Shown in pieces: positions 28,689-37,152 of a DNA stretch of 49,554 nucleotides. Both the position numbers and the translations under genes were made by a program. Position 1 is the first letter of the stretch, and every line of letters starts with the position of its first letter. The stretch spans positions 1-49,554 of the forward strand of contig CAYMHB010000005.1 in NCBI GenBank assembly GCA_964390145.1. Direction: 5' to 3'. The notes under the pieces were generated by a model that did not search any database, was not told where the DNA came from, and saw nothing but the letters and a program-made list of their open reading frames with translations. This stretch comes from an uncultured Oscillospiraceae bacterium. GTDB taxonomy: Bacteria > Bacillota > Clostridia > UMGS1883.

Positions 28689-29398
28689 TTTGCCACCTCG
28701 ATTGCTTTTTCAAGGTCAATGTCGCCTGTGTAAATTGCCTTGCCGACGATTGCACCGTAAAGGTCCATTTTGCGAAGCGCTGTTATATCGTCAATGGTTG
28801 ACACACCGCCTGATGCGACAATGTCCATTGTGAATTTTTCGGAAAGCTCGCGATAAAGTTCACGGTTTGTGCCTTGCATCGCACCGTCACGGGAAATGTC
28901 GGTACAGATAACTGTTTTTACACCGAGATTTTGCATTTCGTGTAAAAAGTCCATACCTGAAACACCGCTGTCTTCAAGCCATCCTTTTACCGCTACCTTG
29001 CCGTCCTTGAGGTCTGCGCCAACAGCGATTTTGTCCGCATATTTAGCGCATACTTTTTCGAGAAAGGCGCGGTCATTTACCGCTGCTGTACCGAGTATAA
29101 CGCGCATTACACCTGCGTCAATGTAGCGTTTTACGGTTTCCTCGTCGCGGATACCGCCACCGATTTCAACCTTGAGTCCGCTGTGCCGTGCAACAGCAGA
29201 AACCACATCGAAATTCGGGGTTGTGCCATCTTTTGCACCTTCAAGGTCTACCATATGGATATATTCTGCGCCTTGCTCCTTGAAGCCTTTTGCAACCTCA
29301 AGCGGATTTTCGCTGTAAATGGTCATTTTATTATAGTCGCCTTTAAAAAGACGAACTGCTTTTTTCTCATATAAATCTATTGCCGGGAAAATTAGCAT
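28685..29398 (-). CDS. hisA: ProFAR isomerase
   Basis: 237 aa, starting MLIFPAIDLYEKKAVRLFKGDY. Confidence 0.93.
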   Translation of the reverse strand: MLIFPAIDLYEKKAVRLFKGDYNKMTIYSENPLEVAKGFKEQGAEYIHMVDLEGAKDGTTPNFDVVSAVARHSGLKVEIGGGIRDEETVKRYIDAGVMRVILGTAAVNDRAFLEKVCAKYADKIAVGADLKDGKVAVKGWLEDSGVSGMDFLHEMQNLGVKTVICTDISRDGAMQGTNRELYRELSEKFTMDIVASGGVSTIDDITALRKMDLYGAIVGKAIYTGDIDLEKAIEVAK

Positions 29399-29540
29399 TT
29401 CATTTTATCCTTTCAATTAACAAATCCACATTTGGCTCTTTATCAAAGCACATACTTAAATTCGAAATGAACGAGGATTTTCGCTGAAGCGAAAATCTAC
29501 CATAATTCTGCACTTCGCATTTTGCATTTCGAACTTATTC

Positions 29541-30152
29541 TCAAAGCATTTCGGAGAAGGCTTTGAGGATACTAAGTCCTGCCTTACCGCTCTTTTCGGG
29601 GTGGAACTGACATCCGTAGACATTTTTATTTTCTGCCGATGCGGTAAGTTCACATCCGTAATCCGCAGTTGCGGTTACGCTTTCAACACAGTCTGCCGCA
29701 TAGTAGGAGTGAACAAAATATACGCAGTCACCGTCTTTAAGATACTTAAAGATAGGCGTTTCCTTTTTAAAGACGAGCGAATTCCAACCGATATGAGGAA
29801 TGCTTAATCCCTCACCGATAACATCAGCGATAGGACGGATTTCACCTTTAATAAGACCAAGTCCGTCATACTCTCCGTACTCGTAGCTTTTGTCAAAAAG
29901 AAGCTGCATGCCAAGGCATATTCCAAGTAGGGGTTTTCCCCCTTTTGCTTCCCCGACAATTACTTTATCAAGTCCGCTTTCGGCAAGTTTTTTTCTTGCG
30001 TCACGGAATGCACCTACACCGGGGAGAATAATTTTATCTGCATTTTTTATTACATTTGCGTCGCTCGTTATAATACTTTCTGCGCCTACTACATCAAGCG
30101 AGCTTTTAAGGGAAAACAGGTTTCCGACGCCATAGTCAACGATTGCTATCAT
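29541..30152 (-). CDS. hisH: imidazole glycerol phosphate synthase, glutaminase subunit
   Basis: 203 aa, MIAIVDYGVGNLFS...GICLGMQ...FHPEKS, of the class I glutamine amidotransferase (GATase) type. Confidence 0.95.
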   Translation of the reverse strand: MIAIVDYGVGNLFSLKSSLDVVGAESIITSDANVIKNADKIILPGVGAFRDARKKLAESGLDKVIVGEAKGGKPLLGICLGMQLLFDKSYEYGEYDGLGLIKGEIRPIADVIGEGLSIPHIGWNSLVFKKETPIFKYLKDGDCVYFVHSYYAADCVESVTATADYGCELTASAENKNVYGCQFHPEKSGKAGLSILKAFSEML

Positions 30153-30736
30153 AATACACCTTTGGTAGACGGTATTTCGTCCTTTACCTCCGCATCAATT
30201 TTTACCGCACCACGCATAGCACGTGCAACTGATTTGAATGTACCCTCGATGATATGGTGGGTATTTCTGCCTGCAAGTTGTCTTACGTGAAGTGTTACAC
30301 CTGCATTTGTCGCAAATGCTTCAAAGAAATCTTCTACAAGTTCAGTATCGAAATCGCCGACTTTTCTTGCGCGCATTTCAAGGTTCATGGCAAGCATACC
30401 ACGACCTGAAATATCAACTGCGGAGAGGATAAGTGCTTCATCCATAGGAAGTATTACATCAGCGTAGCGTGTAATACCTTTTTTATCGCCGAGCGCAGTC
30501 TTGAATGCCTGACCGAGTGCGATGCCGATATCCTCTACTGTGTGGTGGTAGTCAACGTGTGTATCACCGTTACAAAGGACAGAAAGTGTCATTCTGCCGT
30601 GCTTTGCGAAAAGTTCAAGCATATGGTCAAGGAAACCGCAGCCTGTTTTAATTACACCCTTTTCGCATACGTCAAGATTGAGGTTAAGTTTTATATCTGT
30701 TTCAGCTGTTTTTCTGTTAATTGTAGCGTTTCTCAT
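30149..30736 (-). CDS. hisB: imidazoleglycerol-phosphate dehydratase
   Basis: 195 aa, including RKTAETDI...GFLDHML...HHTVEDIGIALG...HHIIE. Confidence 0.95.
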   Translation of the reverse strand: MRNATINRKTAETDIKLNLNLDVCEKGVIKTGCGFLDHMLELFAKHGRMTLSVLCNGDTHVDYHHTVEDIGIALGQAFKTALGDKKGITRYADVILPMDEALILSAVDISGRGMLAMNLEMRARKVGDFDTELVEDFFEAFATNAGVTLHVRQLAGRNTHHIIEGTFKSVARAMRGAVKIDAEVKDEIPSTKGVL

Positions 30737-30737
30737 A

Positions 30738-31808
30738 TTACAGGTCCTCCAGAATCTTTTTTACTGTATTTACGAAGGTTTCCATATCTTCGGGTGTGCC
30801 GATTGTGATACGGTTATATTCGCATATTCTTTCGTTTGTGAAGTGACGGACAAGAATACCGTTTTCGCGAAGCTTTTTATAAAGCTCTTCTCCACCGATT
30901 TTATCACTCTTTGCAAAAAGGAAATTTGTTTTCGAAGGAATTACGGTAAATCCCATCATATAAAGTGCTGCCGCTGTCTTTTCGCGTGTTGCAATAATTT
31001 CAGCTCTGTTCTTTTCAAAGTATTCCTTATCGCGTATTGCGGCGCTGCCTGCCGCCATTGTCATACGGTTGATGTTATAGGGATTGATTGAAAAACGGAT
31101 TGTGTTAAGGTCTTTTATAATTTCCTTGTCCGCAACTGCAAATCCGAGGCGCGCACCTGCCATTGAGCGCGATTTTGAAAATGTCTGCACAACGATAAGG
31201 TTCTTATACTTTTTGGTAAGAGGAATTGCGCTTTCTCCACCGAAATCAATATATGCCTCGTCAACAACCACGATACTGTCGCGGTTTGATGATGCAACGC
31301 GCTCGATTTCTTCAAGCGGTGCAAAAATTCCCGTCGGCGCGTTGGGGTTTGCAATTACAATATTTTTACCCTTTCCGCAGTAGTCGTTAAATTCAATCGC
31401 AAAATCGTCTTTAAGCGGAATTTCCTCGTATGGGATATTGTTCACTGTGCAAAATACATTGTAAAATCCGTATGTTATGTCGGGGAAAATAAAGGGGTGT
31501 TCACAGTCTCCGTACGCCATAAAGATAAAGTTCAGTATTTCGTCAGAGCCGTTTGAAAGGACTATATTTTCCTTTTCCACTCCGCAATATTTTGCAATAT
31601 CCTCGCAAAGCGCACTGCACTCGGGGTCGGGATAAAGTCTTAAAAGTTTTGCCTCTTTCTCCGCTGCCTTTACCGCCTCGGGCGAGGGCGGATAGGGAGA
31701 TTCGTTTGTATTGAGTTTTATGTATTTCATATCCCTTGGTTGTTCGCCCGGTGTGTAGGGGATGAGTTTTTCGTGTTTAGAGCTGAAGAATTTACTCAAT
31801 GTATCCAC
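30738..31808 (-). CDS. hisC: histidinol-phosphate aminotransferase
   Basis: 356-aa class II aminotransferase with the PLP lysine in TFSKSRSMAG. The start is a GTG at 31808; a TTG three codons downstream is an alternative. Confidence 0.92.
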   Translation of the reverse strand: MDTLSKFFSSKHEKLIPYTPGEQPRDMKYIKLNTNESPYPPSPEAVKAAEKEAKLLRLYPDPECSALCEDIAKYCGVEKENIVLSNGSDEILNFIFMAYGDCEHPFIFPDITYGFYNVFCTVNNIPYEEIPLKDDFAIEFNDYCGKGKNIVIANPNAPTGIFAPLEEIERVASSNRDSIVVVDEAYIDFGGESAIPLTKKYKNLIVVQTFSKSRSMAGARLGFAVADKEIIKDLNTIRFSINPYNINRMTMAAGSAAIRDKEYFEKNRAEIIATREKTAAALYMMGFTVIPSKTNFLFAKSDKIGGEELYKKLRENGILVRHFTNERICEYNRITIGTPEDMETFVNTVKKILEDL

Positions 31809-31814
31809 TTCCTA

Positions 31815-33089
31815 TTATTTCTTGAATCTTGATACAGCACTTTCTGCGTGTGCCTGAAGCCCTTCTGCCATAGCAAAAGTATAAATATCATCACACACTT
31901 TTTCGAGTGCTTCGGGTGTATAGTAAGTGTACTGTGTTTTCTTGATGAAATCATCTACCGAGAGGGGACTTGAAAACCTTGCAGTACCGCTTGTGGGAAG
32001 AGTGTGGTTAGGACCTGCAAAATAGTCGCCAAGCGCCTCGGGACAGTAGCGACCCATAAAGATACTGCCTGCGTGCTTGATGCTGCCCAAGTAATCAAAG
32101 GGATTGTCTACACAAAGTTCAAGATGTTCTGGCGCAATCTCGTTTGCTACATCGATAGCCGTTTCTATATTTTCTGCAACTATGATTTTGCCGTTGTTAT
32201 CAATTGATGCACGGGCAATTTCTGCTCGCTGCAGCAGGGGAATCTGCTTTTCAAGTTCGTCGCTTACCTTCTGGGCAAATTCACGGCTTTCAGTTACTAA
32301 AACGGCGCTTGCCATTTTGTCGTGTTCTGCCTGAGAAAGCATATCTGCCGCAACAAACACAGGATTACTCTTGCCATCTGCAACGACAAGAATTTCGCTG
32401 GGGCCTGCAATCATATCAATTGAAACCTTGCCAAAGACTTGCTTTTTAGCCTCGGCAACAAAGGCGTTTCCGGGGCCGACAATCTTATCAACCTTGGGAA
32501 TAGTCTCTGTTCCGTAAGCAAGTGCGGCGATTGCCTGTGCACCGCCTGTTTTGAATACCTTGTCCACTCCGCCGATTTTTGCGGCAACAAGAATTGCGCT
32601 GTTAACCTTACCGTTTTTTGCAGGGGTGGTTATTACGATTTCACTGCATCCTGCAAGTTTTGCGGGAACACAGTTCATAAGTACGCTTGAAGGGTATGCC
32701 GCAGTACCGCCGGGAACATAAAGACCTGCCTTTTCAACGGGGGTAACCTTCTGCCCTATTACCACGCCGTCTGCTTCATCAAGGCGGAAACCTTCTCTTA
32801 TCTGATTTTTGTGGAAATGTTCAATGTTTTTCTTCGCTTTTTTGAGAATATCAATAAGCTCGGGCGAAACTTCCCGCATAGCCTGTTCGTATTCTTCTTC
32901 TGTTACTAAAAGTGAATCGGGAGCACCGCCGTCAAACTTTTTCGCGTAGGCAAAAAGTGCCTTGTCGCCGTTTTTTCTGACATCGTAAATTATGTCGGCA
33001 ACTGTATTTTCAATAGCGGAGGTATCCTCAATATCCCGCGCGAAAATTTCGTCTATACTGATTTTACCGTAATCATAAGTTTTAATCAT
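31815..33089 (-). CDS. hisD: histidinol dehydrogenase
   Basis: 424 aa from MIKTYDYGK. AAGGAGAA precedes the ATG at 33089. The track start at 33113 is an upstream extension into hisG. Confidence 0.93.
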   Translation of the reverse strand: MIKTYDYGKISIDEIFARDIEDTSAIENTVADIIYDVRKNGDKALFAYAKKFDGGAPDSLLVTEEEYEQAMREVSPELIDILKKAKKNIEHFHKNQIREGFRLDEADGVVIGQKVTPVEKAGLYVPGGTAAYPSSVLMNCVPAKLAGCSEIVITTPAKNGKVNSAILVAAKIGGVDKVFKTGGAQAIAALAYGTETIPKVDKIVGPGNAFVAEAKKQVFGKVSIDMIAGPSEILVVADGKSNPVFVAADMLSQAEHDKMASAVLVTESREFAQKVSDELEKQIPLLQRAEIARASIDNNGKIIVAENIETAIDVANEIAPEHLELCVDNPFDYLGSIKHAGSIFMGRYCPEALGDYFAGPNHTLPTSGTARFSSPLSVDDFIKKTQYTYYTPEALEKVCDDIYTFAMAEGLQAHAESAVSRFKK

Positions 33090-33717
33090 TGTTTTTCTCC
33101 TTGTCGATTGCATTTACAATCTTTGTGATAAGCTCATTTTTGAATTTATAACTTACCTTATTCGAAACAAGGCGTGCACTTATCGGAACAATTGTCTCGT
33201 AGGGACGAAGATTATTTTCCTTTAATGTAGTGCCCGTTTCAACTATATCTACAATAACATCGGAAAGTCCTAAGATGGGAGCAATCTCGATAGAGCCGTT
33301 GAGCTTTATAATATCAATTTCGCGGCTTAATGCGCTGTAATATTTTTTTGTAATGTTGGGAAATTTGGTTGCAACTCGGAGTGTACGCTCGGGATTATCG
33401 ATAAAGTCATCCTTTGCTGCAACTGCCATACGGCATTTTCCCATATTAAGGTCGCAGAGTTCGTAAACATCGGGATTGTATTCAAGGAGAATATCCTTTC
33501 CCGCAACGCCGATATCTGCCGCACCACGTTCAACATAGATTGCAACATCAGACGGTTTTACCCAGAAGTATCTGACTCCCGTTTCCTCGTTTTCAAATAT
33601 GAGTTTGCGGTTATTCTCGCGGATGGAGGGGCAACCGTAACCTGCCTTTTCAAATATATCATAAACCTTTTCGCCGAGTCTTCCCTTAGGAAGTGCGATA
33701 TTAAGCATTTTATCCAT
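33082..33717 (-). CDS. hisG: ATP phosphoribosyltransferase, short (HisZ-dependent) form
   Basis: 211 aa, including LNIALPKGRL. It lacks the long-form C-terminal domain and is paired with hisZ. Confidence 0.93.
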   Translation of the reverse strand: MDKMLNIALPKGRLGEKVYDIFEKAGYGCPSIRENNRKLIFENEETGVRYFWVKPSDVAIYVERGAADIGVAGKDILLEYNPDVYELCDLNMGKCRMAVAAKDDFIDNPERTLRVATKFPNITKKYYSALSREIDIIKLNGSIEIAPILGLSDVIVDIVETGTTLKENNLRPYETIVPISARLVSNKVSYKFKNELITKIVNAIDKEKNND

Positions 33718-34828
33718 TTACGGTTTCGCCACCTTTCAATACGCGGAGAGTTTCTTTATAGCGAAGTGCACCTGTGTCATTCTTTTGAATATTTACACTC
33801 TTTCCCTCTTTTTTGAGAGAGTCGGCGATTTTCATTATATCACAGTATGATGTGCCTTCTTCATAAGTAAGAAGAACATCGCAGTCGTAGGACTTATTTG
33901 TTGTGTCGATACGCTCGAGCATATCGCAATATACTGCAAAGCCGATTGCACCGCCGCTTTTACCCATTCCTTTAAGAAGGTTGTCATATCTGCCGCCTGC
34001 AAGGATGCTCTTGGGGAGGGAATCAACATAACCGCGGAATACAACACCGTTGTAGTATTTTGTATCGCCTATGATTGAAAAATCAAGATAAACATTATCT
34101 GACATATTGCACTCGTCAAGCGCCATTATGAGATTTTTAAGGTCTTCTGTCGCTTCCATCATTTCGCGGTTGATACAAAGTTTTTCTAAGTAGGAAATTT
34201 TATCAATCGCCTTTCCCGAAAGGTCGCAAAGTTTAACTGCAACATCTGTTACTGCGCTACCCACACCGTTCTCATTACAGAGAGTGGAGAGTGCGGCGCT
34301 GTTTTTGTCACAGAGAAGGGAAATAATCTTCTTTTCAACATCGGAGTCGACACCTGCGGCACCAAGAAGCCCTTTTACAATACCAACGGATGAAATGTCA
34401 AGAATGTAGTTTTCGCTGACTGCCTGAAGGCTCTTTATCGCAAGTGACAAAACCTCGCACTCATCTGTTTCTCCGATTTCGCCCATGCATTCAATGCCCG
34501 ACTGCATAATTTCCTTTATTTCGTGTGTAGCGCGGTCAGGACGGTAAACATTTTCGTTATAATAAACCTTGCTTACTGCTCCGTCTGCCTTTTTATAGTT
34601 CTTTATAATAGAAAGCGTTACGTCAGGCTTTAACGCAAGAAGTCTGCCGCCAAGGTCGGTAAATGTCACAATGTTTCCGCCGCCGACAAAATTCTTGTTA
34701 CGCACATACATATCATACTCTTCAAAGCGGCTCATTTTGAAAGGGGTATAGCCGCTTTCGTGATAGAGCGAGCGCAATGCAAAAGTTATTTTTTCTTCAG
34801 TTTTTAAGATGTTGTCTTTTACTGTCAT
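33710..34828 (-). CDS. hisZ: ATP phosphoribosyltransferase regulatory subunit (HisRS paralogue)
   Basis: 372 aa, HisS-like without an anticodon-binding domain. It is the first gene of the operon. Confidence 0.88.
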   Translation of the reverse strand: MTVKDNILKTEEKITFALRSLYHESGYTPFKMSRFEEYDMYVRNKNFVGGGNIVTFTDLGGRLLALKPDVTLSIIKNYKKADGAVSKVYYNENVYRPDRATHEIKEIMQSGIECMGEIGETDECEVLSLAIKSLQAVSENYILDISSVGIVKGLLGAAGVDSDVEKKIISLLCDKNSAALSTLCNENGVGSAVTDVAVKLCDLSGKAIDKISYLEKLCINREMMEATEDLKNLIMALDECNMSDNVYLDFSIIGDTKYYNGVVFRGYVDSLPKSILAGGRYDNLLKGMGKSGGAIGFAVYCDMLERIDTTNKSYDCDVLLTYEEGTSYCDIMKIADSLKKEGKSVNIQKNDTGALRYKETLRVLKGGETVNG

Positions 34829-35021
34829 ATTGACTCATTCCTTTTCTGGGGTTGATTTCCCCGATAACGGGGGAAATGTCCGAAGGACAAAAGGGGTCCG
34901 CCGCTGGAGGCGGAGGTCAATTTTTGTTGCAGGCTTGGGGACAGGTCAATTTTTTGTTACGCCTTCGGCTAACAAAAATAACCCCGTCCCCTTACAAAAA
35001 TGCCCCCGTCCCCTTTATCCA
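34829..35021 (-). promoter_or_regulatory. structured 5' leader of the his operon (G-tract/C-tract repeats; not a T-box)
   Basis: Two tandem units, AAGGGGACGGGG(G)nnAUUUUUGU, are followed by two complementary units, ACAAAAA(A)UUGACCUGUCCCC and ACAAAAAUUGACCUCCGCCUCC. Further small hairpins follow. I found no T-box consensus (no GGUGGUACCGCG-like box). Confidence 0.55.
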
Positions 35022-35028
35022 CTTTAGC

Positions 35029-35057
35029 ATTTTACCACGGTAAAGCGCTAAAGTCAA
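35029..35057 (-). promoter_or_regulatory. sigma-A type promoter of the his operon
   Basis: On the minus strand: TTGACT (35057-35052), 17-nt spacer, TAAAAT (35034-35029). Confidence 0.65.
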
Positions 35058-35103
35058 CCCTTATTATTGAAAAATCCTAATAATTTTAGCACAAAACATA
35101 TAT

Positions 35104-35922
35104 TTAATCAAGTTTTCCGTTTATTCTTACATATTCTGACGGACTCATCCTCATAACCTTTTTATATGTGTTGTTAAAGGTACGGATGCTTTGAAAACCG
35201 CTTTCAAAAGCCGCATCTGTTATGCTGAGACCCTCGGAAAGTAATTTGTTGACATTGGTAATTCTGAGTTTATCCAGATATTCAGATAACCCTATATTCG
35301 AGTATTTACGGAAAAGAGATGCGGCTTTTTCGCGCGACATATAAAGACTTTGCGCAATTATATTTATATTGATTTTTTCGCTGAAATGGTCATTTATGTA
35401 GTCAACCATTCTGTAAAACTCCGTAAGTTGCTTTTTCTTGGGAGTTTTATCGTCAGCAGGGAAATGCCTCATAAGCGAAAGGTAGAATGCGGCAATATAT
35501 GACTGTAACAAAGGGTTATGCTCCGTTTTTTCGGCAAGGCGTTCCTCGGCTGCATAGGCAAATAATGTATCGAGTTTTTCGCGAAGACCTGAAATTCCAT
35601 CAATCTCCTCTGCGGTGATATGGCACTTCAGTGGTGTAAACTTTATCGAGGGATTTAAGATGGCCTTGACATCAAAAATAAGAAGTCCGATGCTCGTTTT
35701 ATCTTCCTCTATAATAAAGCTGTGAACACTGCGGGAATTAAAGAAAACAATATCTCCTTTTTTTGCACGGATAACCTCACCTGCAATCCAGAAGCTGCAG
35801 GGTTTATCAAGAGGTATTGCGATTTCGCAGTTTTTATGCCACTTGAAAGATGTCTGTCCCTTCTTCCACAAATTACTGTGTGCCGATATTTCGCAGCGTT
35901 GATTTTCCTCTACAAATTGCAT
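35104..35922 (-). CDS. AraC family transcriptional regulator (cupin sensor + HTH)
   Basis: 272 aa with a C-terminal AraC-type double HTH (ITDAAFESGFQSIRTFNNTYKKVMRMSPSEY). AAGGAGGGG precedes the ATG at 35922. Confidence 0.85.
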   Translation of the reverse strand: MQFVEENQRCEISAHSNLWKKGQTSFKWHKNCEIAIPLDKPCSFWIAGEVIRAKKGDIVFFNSRSVHSFIIEEDKTSIGLLIFDVKAILNPSIKFTPLKCHITAEEIDGISGLREKLDTLFAYAAEERLAEKTEHNPLLQSYIAAFYLSLMRHFPADDKTPKKKQLTEFYRMVDYINDHFSEKININIIAQSLYMSREKAASLFRKYSNIGLSEYLDKLRITNVNKLLSEGLSITDAAFESGFQSIRTFNNTYKKVMRMSPSEYVRINGKLD

Positions 35923-36123
35923 ATAACCCCTCCTTTAGTCTTCGTTTTGATTATAGAACATATTTACTTGTTTGTAAATGAATTTTTTATAAAAATCCGA
36001 CATTTTTGCCAGTTAATGTTTCAAATCTTCTTGCCGAAACTATTGAGAATGTTATAATGAAATTAGCAGATGAGAACTTGCCTCGTCTCACAAAATACTC
36101 AATAAAAATTGGAGGTTGTTGTT

Positions 36124-37149
36124 ATGGAGAAAAATTATCGTGTTGTTTTTACGGAAAAATGCAAGGTTGAACTTCAGGAATGTGAAATGCCCACTCCTGC
36201 GGATGATGAACTTTTACTTAAGACAATCGTTACACAGATAAGCACCGGAACTGAGCTCACAAGACTTGAGCAGAATATTTCTGAAGATTCCTTCTGGAAT
36301 GGAAGTGCAAGGGCTGCTTATATGTCATTTCCGATTTATCCCGGATATTCCCATGTAGGCGAAGTCGTAGCAGTAGGCAAAAACTGTGACGAGAGTTTAA
36401 TCGGAAAAAGAGTTATTTCTTCACACAGACACCAGAAATATGCTGTTCTCAATGAAAAGCAGGCTATATATCTTCCTGAAAATGTGGATTCCGATGAAGC
36501 GGCATTCAAAACTCTTGCGGTTGTTGCTCTTGCCAGCATAAGAGCCGCTCAGATAAGACCCGGCGAAACTGCAGTCGTTTTCGGTGCAGGCATTGTAGGT
36601 CAGTTGGTTGCTCGTCTGGCACAGATTGCAGGTGCAGTTAATGTTGTTGTTGTAGATGTTTCCGACAACAGACTTAATTATGTCCCCAAAAACAAGTGTT
36701 TTTATACGGTTAATTCTGCTAAAGAAAACGTCAGTGATTTCGTGAAGAGCATCAATAACGGAAATCTTGCGGATATCGTTTTTGAAACAACTGCATATCC
36801 GCCTTTGATTGCAGAGGAATTAAAATGCATAACAAAGCGCGGCAAACTTGTTATAACAAGCAGTCCTAAGGGTCCGTCAAAGGTTGACTTCGAGTATTGC
36901 AGTGCAAATGGTATTACTATAATTGCTGCTCACAACATGGCTTTCCATCCCCCCGTTGCGACACCTGAGAATCCTTGGGACAGAAACAGAGACGCAGAAT
37001 ACGTTGTACAACTTCTTGATAAAGAATTATTGTCATTGAAAGATCTTGTATCTCATAAAGAAAGTTATAAGAATGCAGTTGCAATGTATGAACTTCTGAT
37101 GAAAGACAGAACTCAGGCACTGGCTGTTCATTTGGATTGGAGGGACTAA
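36124..37149 (+). CDS. zinc-type medium-chain alcohol/polyol dehydrogenase family protein
   Basis: 341 aa with an MDR fold and the Rossmann motif VFGAGIVGQ. GGAGG lies upstream of the ATG at 36124; the track start at 36109 is a TTG inside the SD. Confidence 0.75.
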   Translation: MEKNYRVVFTEKCKVELQECEMPTPADDELLLKTIVTQISTGTELTRLEQNISEDSFWNGSARAAYMSFPIYPGYSHVGEVVAVGKNCDESLIGKRVISSHRHQKYAVLNEKQAIYLPENVDSDEAAFKTLAVVALASIRAAQIRPGETAVVFGAGIVGQLVARLAQIAGAVNVVVVDVSDNRLNYVPKNKCFYTVNSAKENVSDFVKSINNGNLADIVFETTAYPPLIAEELKCITKRGKLVITSSPKGPSKVDFEYCSANGITIIAAHNMAFHPPVATPENPWDRNRDAEYVVQLLDKELLSLKDLVSHKESYKNAVAMYELLMKDRTQALAVHLDWRD

Positions 37150-37152
37150 AAT

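Noticed and set aside
34907-35013. The four similar 22-nt units could have been a mini CRISPR array or tandem repeat array.
   Set aside because: There are only 2 direct plus 2 inverted units with no unique spacers of regular length, and no cas genes. The arrangement is a nested palindrome, consistent with RNA structure rather than CRISPR.
34829-35021. A His T-box riboswitch was expected upstream of hisZ.
   Set aside because: I looked for the conserved T-box sequence (GGUGGUACCGCG-like), a K-turn/AGAGA stem I and a CAC/CAU specifier, and found none. A covariance-model scan is still needed to be certain.
34809-35043. Two plus-strand ORFs (72 and 63 aa) overlap the his leader.
   Set aside because: They are antisense to the his leader, and their Gly/Arg/Pro-rich translations are produced by the G/C-tract repeats. 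They have no SD or promoter.
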